The notes beneath the pieces are model-generated. The model was not told the origin of the DNA. It saw only the letters and a list, made by a program, of their open reading frames with translations, and did no database searches. 64,000 nt of DNA from Cetorhinus maximus (taxonomy: Eukaryota), in the NCBI RefSeq assembly GCF_964194155.1, contig NC_135903.1:33976001-34040000 (forward strand). Direction: 5' to 3'. This document shows positions 23,409 to 37,302 of this stretch, piece after piece. The translations under genes were made by a program, and so were the position numbers. Numbering within the stretch: the stretch's first letter is position 1; each line of letters opens with the position of its first letter.

Positions 23409-26400
23409 ATGGCTTTGGCGAGTATCTGGAGATTCTGGATGGTGTTGCTCTTCTTGTCCGGGACCCTCAGTCTCGGATGTGACAGGCTGCAGCTACAGCA
23501 AGTTCTCAACACAGAGACTCTCAGCAAACTGAATGCAATGGTGAGTTGAACCTGCAGCCAGAGCAGGAGGTGAATCACATTGTGTCCGCTTGCTGTGAAA
23601 TGTCACATCAGGGGAAATGTTTTGCAATTTGTCATTTTGTGCAATGAATAGCCTGTGATTCTCCAGTATTTGAGTTTTTGGGGCTGATTGTAACAGTGAT
23701 TGTTTTCCCCTCTCAGGGCGGACCCTTTCCCCGACACTGTATAAGACAGAGACTCTCACTGAAAACCAAACCCTTGAACATGGTGAAACTCTCGAAGGAA
23801 TTAGAGGTGAGTGAACACTCGGTTCATTTGATTCACACAGGGCTTTTATACAAAGTAAGATTAGCAACCGAATCGGAAACTTCCACATCAGGAATTTGGA
23901 ATAGAGTGATTTGTACCCATTGTGAATGTAGGAGCAGTCTTACTTATTGAATTTCACTCACTATCTCACCCATGAACTATATCACTCTCTCTAACTGCAT
24001 TCACTACCGACTTATCTCCAACTATATCCCTCCCTGATATTATGTCCCTCCCTCTAACCACCTGCTCTGGGAGCCATCCGACTGGATCGCCCATCTCCTT
24101 TTCCTGCAGGGCCTTTAGATTATTCTGTGCAGACCACTGCCTGCTGGGCATGTTGTCAAAGATGTTTCTCTGCCTAAGCATTTCTACACGGGATAGGTGG
24201 TGAGGCAATTACAAAGGCTTCGAGTGTTCACGACAGCAAGGCCACTCCCATCCTTTGCAACACTGGGGACAGGTTGAAACTCAGCACTTGCAGTTTGCGC
24301 TCCAAGGGTCCACGCACAGCTTGATGCAGCCAGACACAAATGTAGTCATCAGGATGAGGGCGATGCTGAGAGCATTTTGTCCTCTGATCATTGACTACGT
24401 GAAAACGTCTCAACTTCTCTCAACCTAACACCATTTAATTTTCTCCCTGCCTCTAACCACCTCACTTCCTCTAATCATCTTATTCCCTGTAACAATTTGC
24501 CTCCCTCGAAACATCTCACTCCTCAGCTGCACTGAATGACTTTGGGGCATGAACCACGCAGGCAGGTTAGGCCATAGGATCATAGAATGATCCTGTGTTG
24601 AAAGAGACCGATTGGGCAGAATAGTCTGTTTCCTTGCCACGTTTCCGATCAAGTACCTGGTGGAAAAATACGTTAGTAGGTACGCACTAACCAGCATTCA
24701 TATATTCAAGAAAAATCACCTTTCCCAAACTTGATTGAGTTATGTTATAATGTAGCAGAGAGTGTTCATGAGGTTAGTGCGCTTAATCTTCTGATGATGT
24801 CATCATACCTCTGCAGCACTTTGAATGAACGATTCAAATTATTCCCGATCTCATCCCCCATTACAATGCAAAAATCTTCTCTGACTATTTATCCAATTCT
24901 CTCTAGAAAGTTATTATTGAATCTGCTTTTGCTGTTTTGTAAATCAATCCATACGCACACTTTTAAAAGATTAATCATCAGAAGATCCAGCGCACAATCC
25001 TCATCAACGCTCTGCTACATTATCACATAACTCAATCAAGCTTGGTAAAGATAATTTGATGGTAAAGATGTCTCCCCAGAGATCACTGTGTCTGAAGTTT
25101 TCCCACCACCCAAAATAGTCTAACTGGCCTGTATTTGTTGGGTTTATCCCTCTTCCATTTTTGAATGGGATGTAAGTATTTGAAATCTGCTGGTCCGCTG
25201 CCATCATGTCCTTCATATCTAAAGAGGACTGGAGGAATGCGGCCAGAAGTGTCATTTCAACCCATGCTTTCCTCAGCAATCTCAGCTGTATTCCGTCCAG
25301 ATCAGGTGACTTTCCTAACCTGAGTGCTGCCAATATTTTACGTACCTCCTCTATCTAGTTTTATCCTACCCAATTCCTCTACTCGCTCCCCCTGCACTGT
25401 GACTTTTGAAGCATCTGCTTGTGAAGTGAAGACAAATTCCAAGAATTGGTTTAGATCCTCCGCCATGTCCTTTGTGTCCCACAAGAAGATTTATTTTTTG
25501 CTCACTAATCAACATTTATTTACATGCTTATTAAAGGTTTTTAGCTTCCCTCTTACGTGACCTGCTCATCAATTCTCATGCATTCTGTTTATTCCTTATT
25601 TCTTTTGATAACTTTTCTCCATATTGGCTGCATTCAGTTTGGTTCCTCACTCAGCTAAGAGCCTAATGTTTCACATAAGGCTTCGTTTTCTGTTTTGTTT
25701 TAATCTCTACATCTTTTGGCGATGAGGTCATTGACCTTTCCATGCCCTTCCTTTCTGCTTCATTGAAAGGAGTCCAGTCTGCAACCATAACATCTCCACT
25801 TAAAAAGAGCCTCAATTGCTACTTTCCTCCTGAGGAAGCACTATTTAAGAGGAGTCGGTGGCTTAGTGGTAGATTCACAGGGTTAATAATTCATGGCCTA
25901 GGCTAATGCTCTGGGTACCTGAGTTCATGCCCCATCACACAGCTGGTGGAATTTTAATTCAATCAATGAACGTGGAATATAACACTAGTGTCAGTAATAC
26001 TGACCATGCAACTATCATGGATCTTTGTAAAACCCTTCTGATTCACTAATGCCTTTTAAGAAAGCAAACGTGTCTTCTGCACCTGGACTGGATGACATGT
26101 CACTCTCAGCACATGGTCGAATCTTCACTGTCCTTTCAAATATTCAGTTCAAGGGATATTAGGGAAGGACATCTAATGCTGGCTTTGCCAGTGATGCCCA
26201 CATCCCATGAATGAATAAAGGAAAAAAGAATCCTTGATTCAAATACACCTGGGCCAGATCCCCTTTAAACAAACTAAAATTAATCCTCCCCCTTTTGCCC
26301 ATTTTTAGCTCTATTTGTATTTTGTTCTTTAACATAGTCTGTTCTAAAACTAAAGGTGTACATGTCCTCTCTAATGTCATTCTCTTCATTATACACAGAC

Positions 26401-26844
26401 ACAGGACAGGATCCAGATTGTCCATCAAACCCTGCGTTACATCAGCAAGATCTACAGCATGAACCTGGGTTCAGCCACATGGGCCCAGGACAAGGTGGAA
26501 AACCTCCGGCTTCTCCTGGATCGGCAGCTCGGTGAGCTGGAAGAATGTGTCAGGAAAGCAGGATCAGAGCACAAGATGAGGAGAAACTCTGCCATTCACA
26601 ATTACTTTAGGAAACTGGAAAAGTTTCTCAAACAGGAGGTAGGTCAATTGATAAATGACAATGTGATTGCTGGCATGTAGTTCATTTCACCACATTTAAA
26701 TCTGCTCATGCTCTAATCGGTTTCCCTGAATAATTTTCTTTTCAGAAATTCAGTGACTGTGCCTGGGAAATAATCCGCAATGAGACCAGAGCCCGTTTAC
26801 AACAGCTCCTTTTCATCATAGCACAAATCAGCCGAAGAAACTGA
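23409..26844 (+). CDS. IFN: Type I interferon, copy 3 (4 exons, 186 aa)
   Basis: Exons 23409-23540, 23717-23806, 26399-26638 and 26746-26844. The frame is open with GT-AG introns, 4 Cys and CAWEIIRNETR. Confidence 0.95.
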
Positions 26845-29800
26845 GAAAGACATGTTTAGCACAGACTGGGAACAATGAATATTTATTTTAAAAACTTTTA
26901 ACATAAAGCTATTTATATATATATTTGTAACAAATTTTATATTTTATTGTACTGATGACAGAACAATGTGTGACATGATTGGATTATTTATTTATTTTAT
27001 TTATTCACTTATTTATTGATATTTATTGCTATGATATTTTCCCCTGATATAATCCTAACCCTTTAGTGGGTGGGGTGTCTGCTCTGGAATTTACTGGTAG
27101 GCATTCAAGATATGGGTTTTCAGACCTATAAACTCTGGGCCGCACTGACCTTTCCATTTCTCCTCTCCTAAGTGGCCAACTTTTCAATCTATTTCAGCCA
27201 CTGTAATTTATTGATCTTTATTGTTGTGATGTCTTTATGTAATGAAATGTTACATGTAATTTAATGTGTAATGTGAATTTTTAATGATAATTTATTTATT
27301 GATATTTATTAAGTGTTGGCGAACCGATAAAATTTGTTTGTAACTGGAATATTTTATACACAATGAGAGACTTTGGTACAAATAAATTGTTTTCAATATT
27401 ACGCATTGACATGAATGATGTTCATATTTCAATTCTGTCGGTTGGCTTTCCATAATCAGTATAAATGCTCTGGATTCTCCCACCTGCTGCCTCTTCCTGT
27501 CAGCCCTTCTCTGTTCGCCTCTTCTGTCTCAACAATCAGATTTTCCCTCACCCGTTGGAACTGTGAACCTATTGTGAACCGAACTGCCCTGATTTATCAT
27601 CTTTTACCCCTCTGCTTCTCTACACCACATTCCAGCTCCAAAGGAGAGAGGCCTGAGCTTGATGTTCAGGAGAAAAGTGGAAAATAGAGGTATAAATTAG
27701 AAATACACAGATGGAGAAATGGAATGGGTGGACATAGAAGATGACTGGAGTATCAGCCTCTGTGAATATATGCGGACATCAGACAATGGGGTTGAGAGTG
27801 ACATCAGGTAATGAGTAGGAAGGAAAATGAGTGGAGGGTGGGGATGGAAATCTTTTGTTTCGCATGGTTGTTTACACCTTCTGAAAATCTGTATGATAAA
27901 TACTGTCTGCATTACATTAGAACAGAAGATAAAAGAGAAGTAGGCCATTTGGCCACTCAAGCCTGCTCCACCATTCAATAAGATTCCAATTGATTTGATT
28001 GTGGCCTTAAATCCACTCCCCTGCCTGCCACCTATAACCTTTGACTCCTTTGTTGATCAATCCCATCTAACTCAGACTTGAATATATTCAATAACATAAC
28101 CTCCACTGTTCTCTGAGGTGGAGATTTAAAAGATTAATGACACTCGGCACAAAAGAAATCCTCCTCATCTCCGTCTCACGTGCATATTGAAACTTTGGCC
28201 CCCAGTTACAGACTCCCACAGAGAGGAAACACCTCAACATCTACACGGTCAAATCTCCTCACAATCTTAAATGATTCAATGACATCACATCTCATTCTTC
28301 AAAACTCAAAGGAGTGTTGGCTCAACCTGGTTAAGATTGCTTCATAAACCAACTTCTCTTTCCAGGAATCAACCTGGTCAACCCTCTCTGAAGTGTCTCT
28401 AATGCAAGTTAATCGCTGCTTAAATAAGGAGACCAATGCTGTACATAGTACTCCAGGTCTGGTCTCACAAATGGCCTGTAGAGTTGAAGCAAAACTTCCC
28501 TACTTCTATTCTTCATCCTCTTTGCAATAAAGGACAACGTACCATTTACCTTTCCAATTACTTGCTCTACCTGTTTGCTAAATTTTAATTGCTCAGTTCC
28601 AAGGTCACCCAGGTCCCTCTGCACTGAAAGATTCTGTGTTCTTTCTCCATTTAAACAACATTCTGACTTTCTGCTGGGCGCAGCAATGGCTAACTTGTGT
28701 CCTACATTACATCAGTCACTATATATCTAAAGTACTTTATAAGCTGCTGAGTGCTTTGAGACACCTGTGGTCAGGAAGAGCACAATGTGAATGCAAGCCT
28801 GTTTTGAAAAAAATATCATCGAGAAAGTTGGGCCTACACACAAAACTGCCCTCACTCCAGGGTGAATTTATCAGCAGTGCAGTTGTTTACAGTCCTTCCA
28901 AAGGGCCCCAAAAAATAAACTGGATGATTTGGGTTTGAGCACAGCAACAGACATGTGTTAAAAGATATGCAATGCAACTTTATTAATTTACAAAGACAAT
29001 AACTATTGCACTCCAATTCCAAAAAAGTGGGGATGAACCAATCCAATTTCCATCACCATTAAATTCTACAAAACAGAAAACCGACCCCAAAAGTGGTATC
29101 AAGTTGTGAACATCAGTAAGTCTACAACGCTCTAACCAACTTCAATATTTACTGTCCACCACCGACAAACACTGGGGTCAGTGTGTACCATATACATGGT
29201 GAACTGCAGGATCTGACCAAAGCCCCTTCAACGCCGCTTCCCAAACTGACGACTTCTACCACCCAGATGATCAAGCGTAGCAGGTGCAAGGGACCAGCAG
29301 AAAAGTTCGTTTCCCATTCAAGGGACAAGCATCCTGACTTGGAACTATTTCCCATTTTTTCACTGTTACAGGCTAACACTCCTGGAAAACCCTTCCCAAC
29401 ACCTTTGTAAATTCTCGTACACCACATGAATGGCAGCAGTTCACGGGTTAAAGGGGGCGGTTCATCATCACCTTCTGTTTTGTTTTAATCTCTACATTTT
29501 TGGCGATGACGTCATTGACCTTTCGATGCCCTCCCTTTGTACTTCATTGAAAGGAGTCCAGTCTGCAACCATTACATCTACGGTTAAAAAGAACCTCAAT
29601 TGCTCCTTTTCTACTGACAAAGCACTATTTAAGAGGAGATGGTCACTTAATGGTAGATAGTGGTGGTAGATAGTAGTGGTAGATTCACAGGTTTAATAAT
29701 TCATGGCCTAGGCTAATGCTCTGGGTACCTGAGTTCATGTCCCATCACACAGATGGTGGAATTTTAATTCAATCAATAAACGTGGAATATAACACTAGTG

Positions 29801-30208
29801 TCAGTAATACTGACCATGCAACTATCATGGATCTTTGTAAAACCCTTCTGATTCACTAATGACTTTTAAGAAAGGAAACGTGAATTCTGCACCTGGACTG
29901 GATGACATGTCACTCTCAGCACATGGTCGAATCTTCACTGTCCTTTCAAATATTCAGTTCAAGGGACATTAGGGATGGGCATCTAATGCTGGCTTTGCCA
30001 GTGATGCCCACATCCCATGAATGAATAAAGGAAAAAAGAATCCTTGATTCAAATACACCTGGGCCAGATGCCCTTTAAACGCACTAAAATTAATCCTCCC
30101 CCCTTTGAACATTTTTATCTCTATTTATAATTTGTTCTTTAACATAGTCTGTTCTAAAATTAAAGGTGAACATGTCCTCTCTAATGTCATTCCTTACATT
30201 ATACACAG

Positions 30209-30655
30209 ACACAGGACAGGATCCAGATTGTCCATCAAACCCTGCGTCACATCAGCAAGATCTACAGCATGAACCTGGGTTCAGCCACATGGGCCCAGGA
30301 CAAGGTGGAAAAGTTCCAGCTTCTCCTGGACCGGCAGCTCGGTGAGCTGGAAGAATGTGTCAGGAAAGCAGGATCAGAGCACAAGATGAGGAGAAACTCC
30401 GCCATTCACAATTAATTTAGGAAACTGGAAAAGTTTCTCAAACAGGAGGTAGGTCAATTGATAAATGACAATGTGAATGCTGGCATGTAGTTCATTTCAC
30501 CACATTGAAAACTGCTCATTCTCTAATCGGTTTCCCTGAATAATTTTCTTTTTCAGAAATTCAGTGACTGTGCCTGGGAAATAATCCGCAATGAGACCAG
30601 AGCCCGTTTACAACAACTCCTTTTCATCATAGCACAAATCAGCAGAAGAAACTGA
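30209..30655 (+). pseudogene. Headless IFN pseudogene, copy 4 (exons 3-4 only, premature stop)
   Basis: Exon 3 30209-30448 has TAC>TAA at 30413-30415, and exon 4 is 30557-30655. Promoter and exons 1-2 are deleted at a junction near 29473-29478. Confidence 0.92.
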
Positions 30656-33600
30656 GAAAGACATGTTTAGCTGAGACTGGGAACAAAGATTATCTATTTA
30701 AAAACTTTTAACATAAAGCTATCTATATATATATTTGTAACAAATTTTATATTTTATTGTACTGATGACAGAACAATGAGTGACATGAGGAGATTATTTT
30801 ATTTATTTATTTATTTATTTATTGATATTTGATGCTATGTCATTTTCCTCTGATATAATCCTAACCCTTTAATGGGTGGGGTGTCTGCTCTGGAATTTAC
30901 TGGTAGGCTTTCAAGATATGGGTTTTCAGACCTATAAACCCTGGGCCGCACTGACCTTTCCATTTCTCCTCTCCTAAGTGGCCAACTTTTCAATCTATTT
31001 CAGCCACTGTAATTTATTGACCTTTATTGTTGTGATGTCTTCATGTAATGAAATGTTACATGTTATTTAATGTGCAATGTGAATTTTTAATGATAATTTA
31101 TTTATTGATATTTATTAAGTGTTGGCGAACAGATAAATTTTTTTGTAACAGGCAAATTTTATACACAATGAGAGCCTTTGCTACAAATAAATTGTTTTCA
31201 ATATTACGCATTGAGTGGAATGATGTTCATTTTACAATTCTGTCGGTTGCCTTTCCATATTCAGTATAAATGCTGTGGATTCTCCCACCTGCTGCCTCAT
31301 CCTGTCAGCCCTTCTCTGTTCTCCTCTTCTTTCTCCACAATCAGATTTTCCCTCACCCTTTGGAACTGTGAACCTATTGTGAACAGAACTACCCTGATCT
31401 ATCATCTTTTACCCCTCTGCTTCTCAACGCCACATTCCAGCTCCAAAGGAGAGAGGACTGAGCGTGATGTTCAGGAGACAAGTGGAAAATAGAGATATAA
31501 ATTAGAAATGGACAGATGGAGAAATGGAATGTGTGGTCATAGAAGATGACTGGAGTGTCAGACTCTATGAATATATGGGGACATCAGACAATGGGTTTGA
31601 GAATTACATCAGGCAATTAGTAGGAAGGAGAATGAGTGCAGAGTGGGGATGAAAATCTTATATTTTGCATTGTTGTTTACACCTTCTGAAAATCTGTATG
31701 ATAAATACTGTCTGCATTACAATAGAACAGAAGGAAAAAGAGAAGTAGGCCATTTGGCCACTCAAGCCTGCTCCACCATTCAATAAGATTCTGACTGATT
31801 TGATTGTGGCCTTAAATCCACTCCCCTGCCTGCCACCTATAACCTTTGACTCCTTTGTTGATCAATCCCATCTAACTCAGACTTGAATATATTCAATAAC
31901 ACAACCTCCACTGTTCTCTGAGGTGATGAAATTAAAAGATTAATGACACTCGGCACAAACGAAACCCTCCTCATCTCCGTCTCAGGTGCAGTTGCCACAT
32001 ATTGAAACTTTGGCCCCCAGTTACAGACTCCTCCAGAGAGGAAACACCTCAACATCTACCCGATCAAATCTCCTCACAATCTTAAATGACTCAATGATAT
32101 CACCTCTCATTCTTCAAAACTCGAAGGAGTATAGGCTCAACCTGGTTAAGATTGCTTCATAAACCAACTTCTCTTTCCAGGAATCAACCTGGTCAACCCT
32201 CTCTGAAGTGTCTCCAATGCAAGTTAATCGCTGCTTAAATAAGGAGACCAAAGCTGTACAAAGTACTCCAGGCCTAGTCTCACAAATGGCCTGTAGAGTT
32301 GAAGCAAAACTTCACTACTTCTTTTCTTCATCCTCTTTGCAATAAAGGAGAACATACCATTTACCTTTCCAATTAATTGCACTACTGTTTGCTAAATTTT
32401 CATTGCTCAGTTCCTAGGACACCCAGGTCTCTCTGCACTGAAAGATTCTGTGTTCTTTCTCCATTTAAACAACATTCTTACTTTCTGCTGGGCACAGTAA
32501 AGGCTAACTTGTGCCCTACATTACATCAGTCACTATATATCTAAAGTATTTTATAAGCTGCTGAGTGCTTTGAGACACCTGTGGTCAGGAAGGGCACAAT
32601 GTGAATGCAAGCCTGTTTTGATAAAAAGATCATAGAGAAAGTGGGGCCTACACACAAAACTGACCTCACTCCAGGGTGAATTTATCAGCAGTGCTGTTGT
32701 TTACAGACATTCCAAAGGGCCCCAAAAAATAAACTGGATGATTTGGGTTTGAGCACAGCAACAGACATGTGTTAAAAGGTTTGCATAGCAACTTTATTAA
32801 TTTACAAAGACAATAACTAATGCACTCCAATTCCAAAAAAGTGGGGATGAACCAATCCAATTTCCATCACCATTAATTTCTACAAAACAGAAAACCGACC
32901 CCAAAAGTGGTATCAAGTTGTGGACGACAGGAAGTCTACAACGCTCTAACCAACTTCAATATTTACTGTCCACCACCGACACACACTGGGATCAGTGTGT
33001 ACCATGTACATGGTGAACTGCAGGATCTCAGCAAAGCCCCTTCAACACCGATTCCCAAACTGACGACTTCTACCACCTAGAAGAACAAGGGTAGCAGACG
33101 CAAGGGACCAGCACCAAAGTTCGCTTCCCATTCAAGGGACAAGCATACTGACTTGGAACTATTTCCCATTTCTTCACTGTTACAGGCTAACACTCCTGGT
33201 AAACCCTTCCCAACACCCCTGTAAATTCACCTACACCACATGAACGGCAGCAGTTCAGTGGTTAAATGGGGCGGTTCATCACCACCTTCTGTCGGGTAAT
33301 TAGGGAGGAGCAACAAATTCTGGCCTTTCCAGAGACGCCCACGTTCCATCAAGGAAGAAATGAAGCCAAATTATTCAAAAGAAGCTGTGAATGGGCCGCA
33401 GATTTTTGTAAGTTAAAAATGCACACGCTCCCGCAGGTCCTTCCTATTTCCTCTAATGTCACTCGCCAGTGCTTTTATTATTCTTCCTTCAGTTCCCTGA
33501 CCCTCCTTCCGCCTCCGCCTTCAATAATTACAATTCCCACTGTTTTATTCGACAATAACAGCATTGTTGTAAATTGTAGTTTCTCGCGTGTCTCCAGTTG

Positions 33601-33719
33601 GGGAATGTGGGATCCCGCTCCCACATCCACCCGGACGGTAGATTTTGGTCACACTTCCAGCTGAGAGGGATTTGGTGACATTTCCTATGTACCCGGGCAT
33701 TTACCGAATACCCCAAAGC

Positions 33720-34751
33720 CTTTCCCAACTGCCCCTCACCCCTCTCAGTCTGATCCACCCTCTTTACAAACTCTCCTCCCTTTCGGAAATGACAAAACAC
33801 GTCACTTTCCTTCAGGCACTTTCGCTTTTGGCTGAAATGGACACCAGGTTAATTTCCAGAGAGAAAGTGACACGGACACTTTCCTGGGAGAGAGACAAGA
33901 AAGAAAGGATGAAAGAAAAGAGAGCGGGATCACTTTCGGACTCAGAATCGGAGCAGATCAAATATTCTTTCAATCCGACTCTGAAAATGGCTCCAGAAAA
34001 CAACCGAGAAATGAGAAACTTCTCCCAGTTAAAGAGCAGATTGTGGGACAGGTCAATCGGAGCGGAGTCTGTCTCCATGAAGCGGTGTCCCTGGGCTGTG
34101 AGCCGAGCTCTCTGCAATGTCCAACCTGTGAAGTGTGAACAGGACAAGCGCCAGGTGAACACACCGCGGGGACACAGTGGATTTCAAAGGGAATCGCTCT
34201 TCATGGGGCCCAATGTCAGCACTAAAAGCCGCCGCACCGGATCACCGCTGTCGCTCTCTCTATAATCCGGATGATAAAATCCAGCCCCCGATACATGTTC
34301 ACACTGCCCCCAATTCAGAGCCTCCCTCTACACCACCTTCGTGCCCCAGGTGAGCTGAAGCCACACAACACTGAGCTGGAACCGAGCGCTGCCTGTGATT
34401 TTCAACCGGGGATTTTCCACTCGCTGCTTCCGGAATCTCCAGCTTTTACATTCCTGACCTCAGAAAGGAAACCGGACAAACTATTGATCTCCCGCAGCTC
34501 TTCCAAAAATCCTCGAGCCCGTTTTCACTTTTCGAATGTAATGCCACACATTAAAGCCGACAGCATGGCAGCGCCAGTGAGAGCACCGAGCAGACTCCAC
34601 ACTCACACTCACACCGTTCGGCAGCACAGGCGCTCGCTCCCGGATCACAAGCGGCTCAGATTCCACTTTCCCAGTTTAAATCCGCCGCGGAATCAAGAAG
34701 CCGTCGGTTTCTCATCTTTCACATCGGTGTCTCACTCTGGGTCGCTTGATC
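33720..34751 (+). promoter_or_regulatory. IFN promoter type A, copy 5
   Basis: Near-identical to copy 1. Confidence 0.7.
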
Positions 34752-37302
34752 ATGGCTTTGGCGAGTATCTGGAGATTTTGGATGGTGTTGCTCTTCTTGT
34801 CCGGGACCCTCAGTCTGGGATGTGACAGGCTGCAGCTACAGCAAGTTCTCAACACAGAGACTCTCAGCAAACTGAATGCAATGGTGAGTTGAACCTGCAG
34901 CCAGAGCAGGAGGTGAATCACATTGTGTCCGCTTGCTGTGAAATGTCACATCAGGGGAAATGTTTTGCGATTTGTCATTTTGTGCAATGAATAGCCTGTG
35001 ATTCTCCAGTATTTGAGTTTTTGGGGCTGATTGTAACAGTGATTGTTTTCCCCTCTCAGGGCGGACCCTTTCCCCGACACTGTATAAGACAGAGACTCTC
35101 ACTGAAAACCAAACCCTTGAACCTGGTGAAACTCTCGAAGGAATTAGAGGTGAGTGAACACTCGGTTCATTTGATTCACACAGGGCTTTTATACAAAGTA
35201 AGATCAACAACCGGATCGGAAACTTCCACATCAGGAATTTGGAACAGAGTGATTTGTACCCATTGTGAATGTAAGAGCAGTCTTACTTATTGTATTTCAC
35301 TCACTATCTCACTCATGAACTATATCACTCTCTCTAACCGCACTCACTACCCCCTTATCTCCAACTATATCCCTCCCTGATATTATGTCCCTTCCTCTAA
35401 CTACCTGCTCTGCGAGCCATCCGACTGGATCTCCCATCTCCTTTTCCTGCAGGGCCTATAGATTATTCTGGGCAGACCACTGCCTGATGGGCCTGTTGTC
35501 AAAGATGTTTCTCTGCCTAAGCATTTCTATACGGGAAAGGTGGTGAGGCAATTCCAAAGGCTTCGAGTGTTCACGACAGCAAGGCCACTCCCATCCTTTG
35601 CAACAACGGGGACTGGTTGAAACTCAGCACTTGCAGTTTGCGTTCCAAGGGTCCACGCACAGCTTGATGCAGCAAGACACCAATGTAGTTATCAGGATGA
35701 GGGCGATGTTGAGAGCATTTTGTCCTCTGATCATTGACTACGTGAAAACTTCTCAACATTTCTCAACCTAACACCATTTAATTTTCTCCCTGCCTCTAAC
35801 CACCTCACTTCCTCTAATCATCTTATTCCCTGTAACAATTTGCCTCGCTCGAAACATCTCACTCCTGAGCTGCACTGAATGACTTTGGGGCATGAATCAC
35901 GCAGGCAGGATAGGCCAAAGGATCATAGAATGAAGGTTTATTTTATGCTCATGAATGATCAAAAACAAAAATTTAATTACATGCTTATTAAAGGTTTTTA
36001 GCTTCCCTCTTACGTGACCTACTCATCAATTCTCATGCATTCTGTTCACTCCTCATTTCTCTTGATAACTTTTCTCCATATTGGCTGCATTCAGCTTGGT
36101 TCCTCACTCTGCTAAGAGCCTAATGTTTCACATAAGGCTTCGTTTTCTGTTTTGTTTTAATCTCTACATCTTTTGGCGAGGACGTCATTGACCTTTCCAT
36201 GCCCTTCCTTTCTGCTTCATTGAAAGGAGTCCAGTCTGCAACCATAACATCTCCACTTAAAAAGAGCCTCAATTGCTACTTTCCTCCTGAGGAAGCACTA
36301 TTTAAGAGGAGATGGTGGCTTAGTGGTAGATTCACAGGTTTAATAATTCATGGCCTAGGCTAATGCTCTGGGTACCTGAGTTCATGCCCCATCACACAGC
36401 TGGTGGAATTTTAATTCAATCAATAAACGTGGAATATAACACTAGTGTCAGTATTACTGACCATGCAACTGTCATGGATCTTTGTAAAACCCTTCTGATT
36501 CACTAATGCCTTTTAAGAAAGAAAACGTGACTTCTGCACCTGGACTGGATGACATGTCACTCTCAGCACATGGTCGAATCTTCACTGTCCTTTCAAATAT
36601 TCAGTTCAAGGGACATTAGGGATGGACATGTAATGCTGGCTTTGCCAGTGATGCCCACATCCCATGAATGAATAAAGGAAAAAAGAATCCTTGATTCAAA
36701 TACACCTGGGCCAGATCCCTTTTAATTGAAACTAAAATTAATCCTCCCCCTTTGCCCATTTTTATCTCCATTTATAATTTGTTCTTTAACATAGTCAGTT
36801 CTAAAATTAAAGGTGAACATGTCCTCTCTAATGTCATTCTCTACATTATACACAGACACAGGACAGGATCCAGATTGTCCATCAAACCCTGCATCACGTC
36901 AGCAAGATCTACAGCATGAACCTGGGTTCAGCCACATGGGCCCAGGACAAGGTGGAAAACCTTCGGCTTCTCCTGGATCGGCAGCTCGGTGAGCTGGAAG
37001 AATGTGTCAGGAAAGCAGGATCAGAGCACAAGATGAGGAGAAACTCTGCCATTCACAATTACTTTAGGAAACTGGAAAAGTTTCTCAAACAGGAGGTAGG
37101 TCAATTGATAAATGACAATGTGAATGGTGGCATGTAGTTCATTTCACCCCATTTAAATCTGCTCATTCTCTAATCGGTTTCCCTGAATAATTTTCTTTTT
37201 CAGAAATTCAGTGACTGTGCCTGGGAAATAATTCGCAATGAGACCAGAGCCCGTTTACAACAGCTCCTTTTCATCATAGGACAAATCAGCAGAAGAAACT
37301 GA
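34752..37302 (+). CDS. IFN: Type I interferon, copy 5 (4 exons, 186 aa, shortened intron 2)
   Basis: Exons 34752-34883, 35060-35149, 36856-37095 and 37204-37302, with an open frame. About 0.9 kb of intron 2 is deleted near 35930. Confidence 0.95.

Noticed and set aside
29640-29690. Short tandem repeat tggtagatag x3
   Set aside because: Local slippage in a SINE head of the pseudogene unit. It is not a CRISPR-like array and has no evident function.
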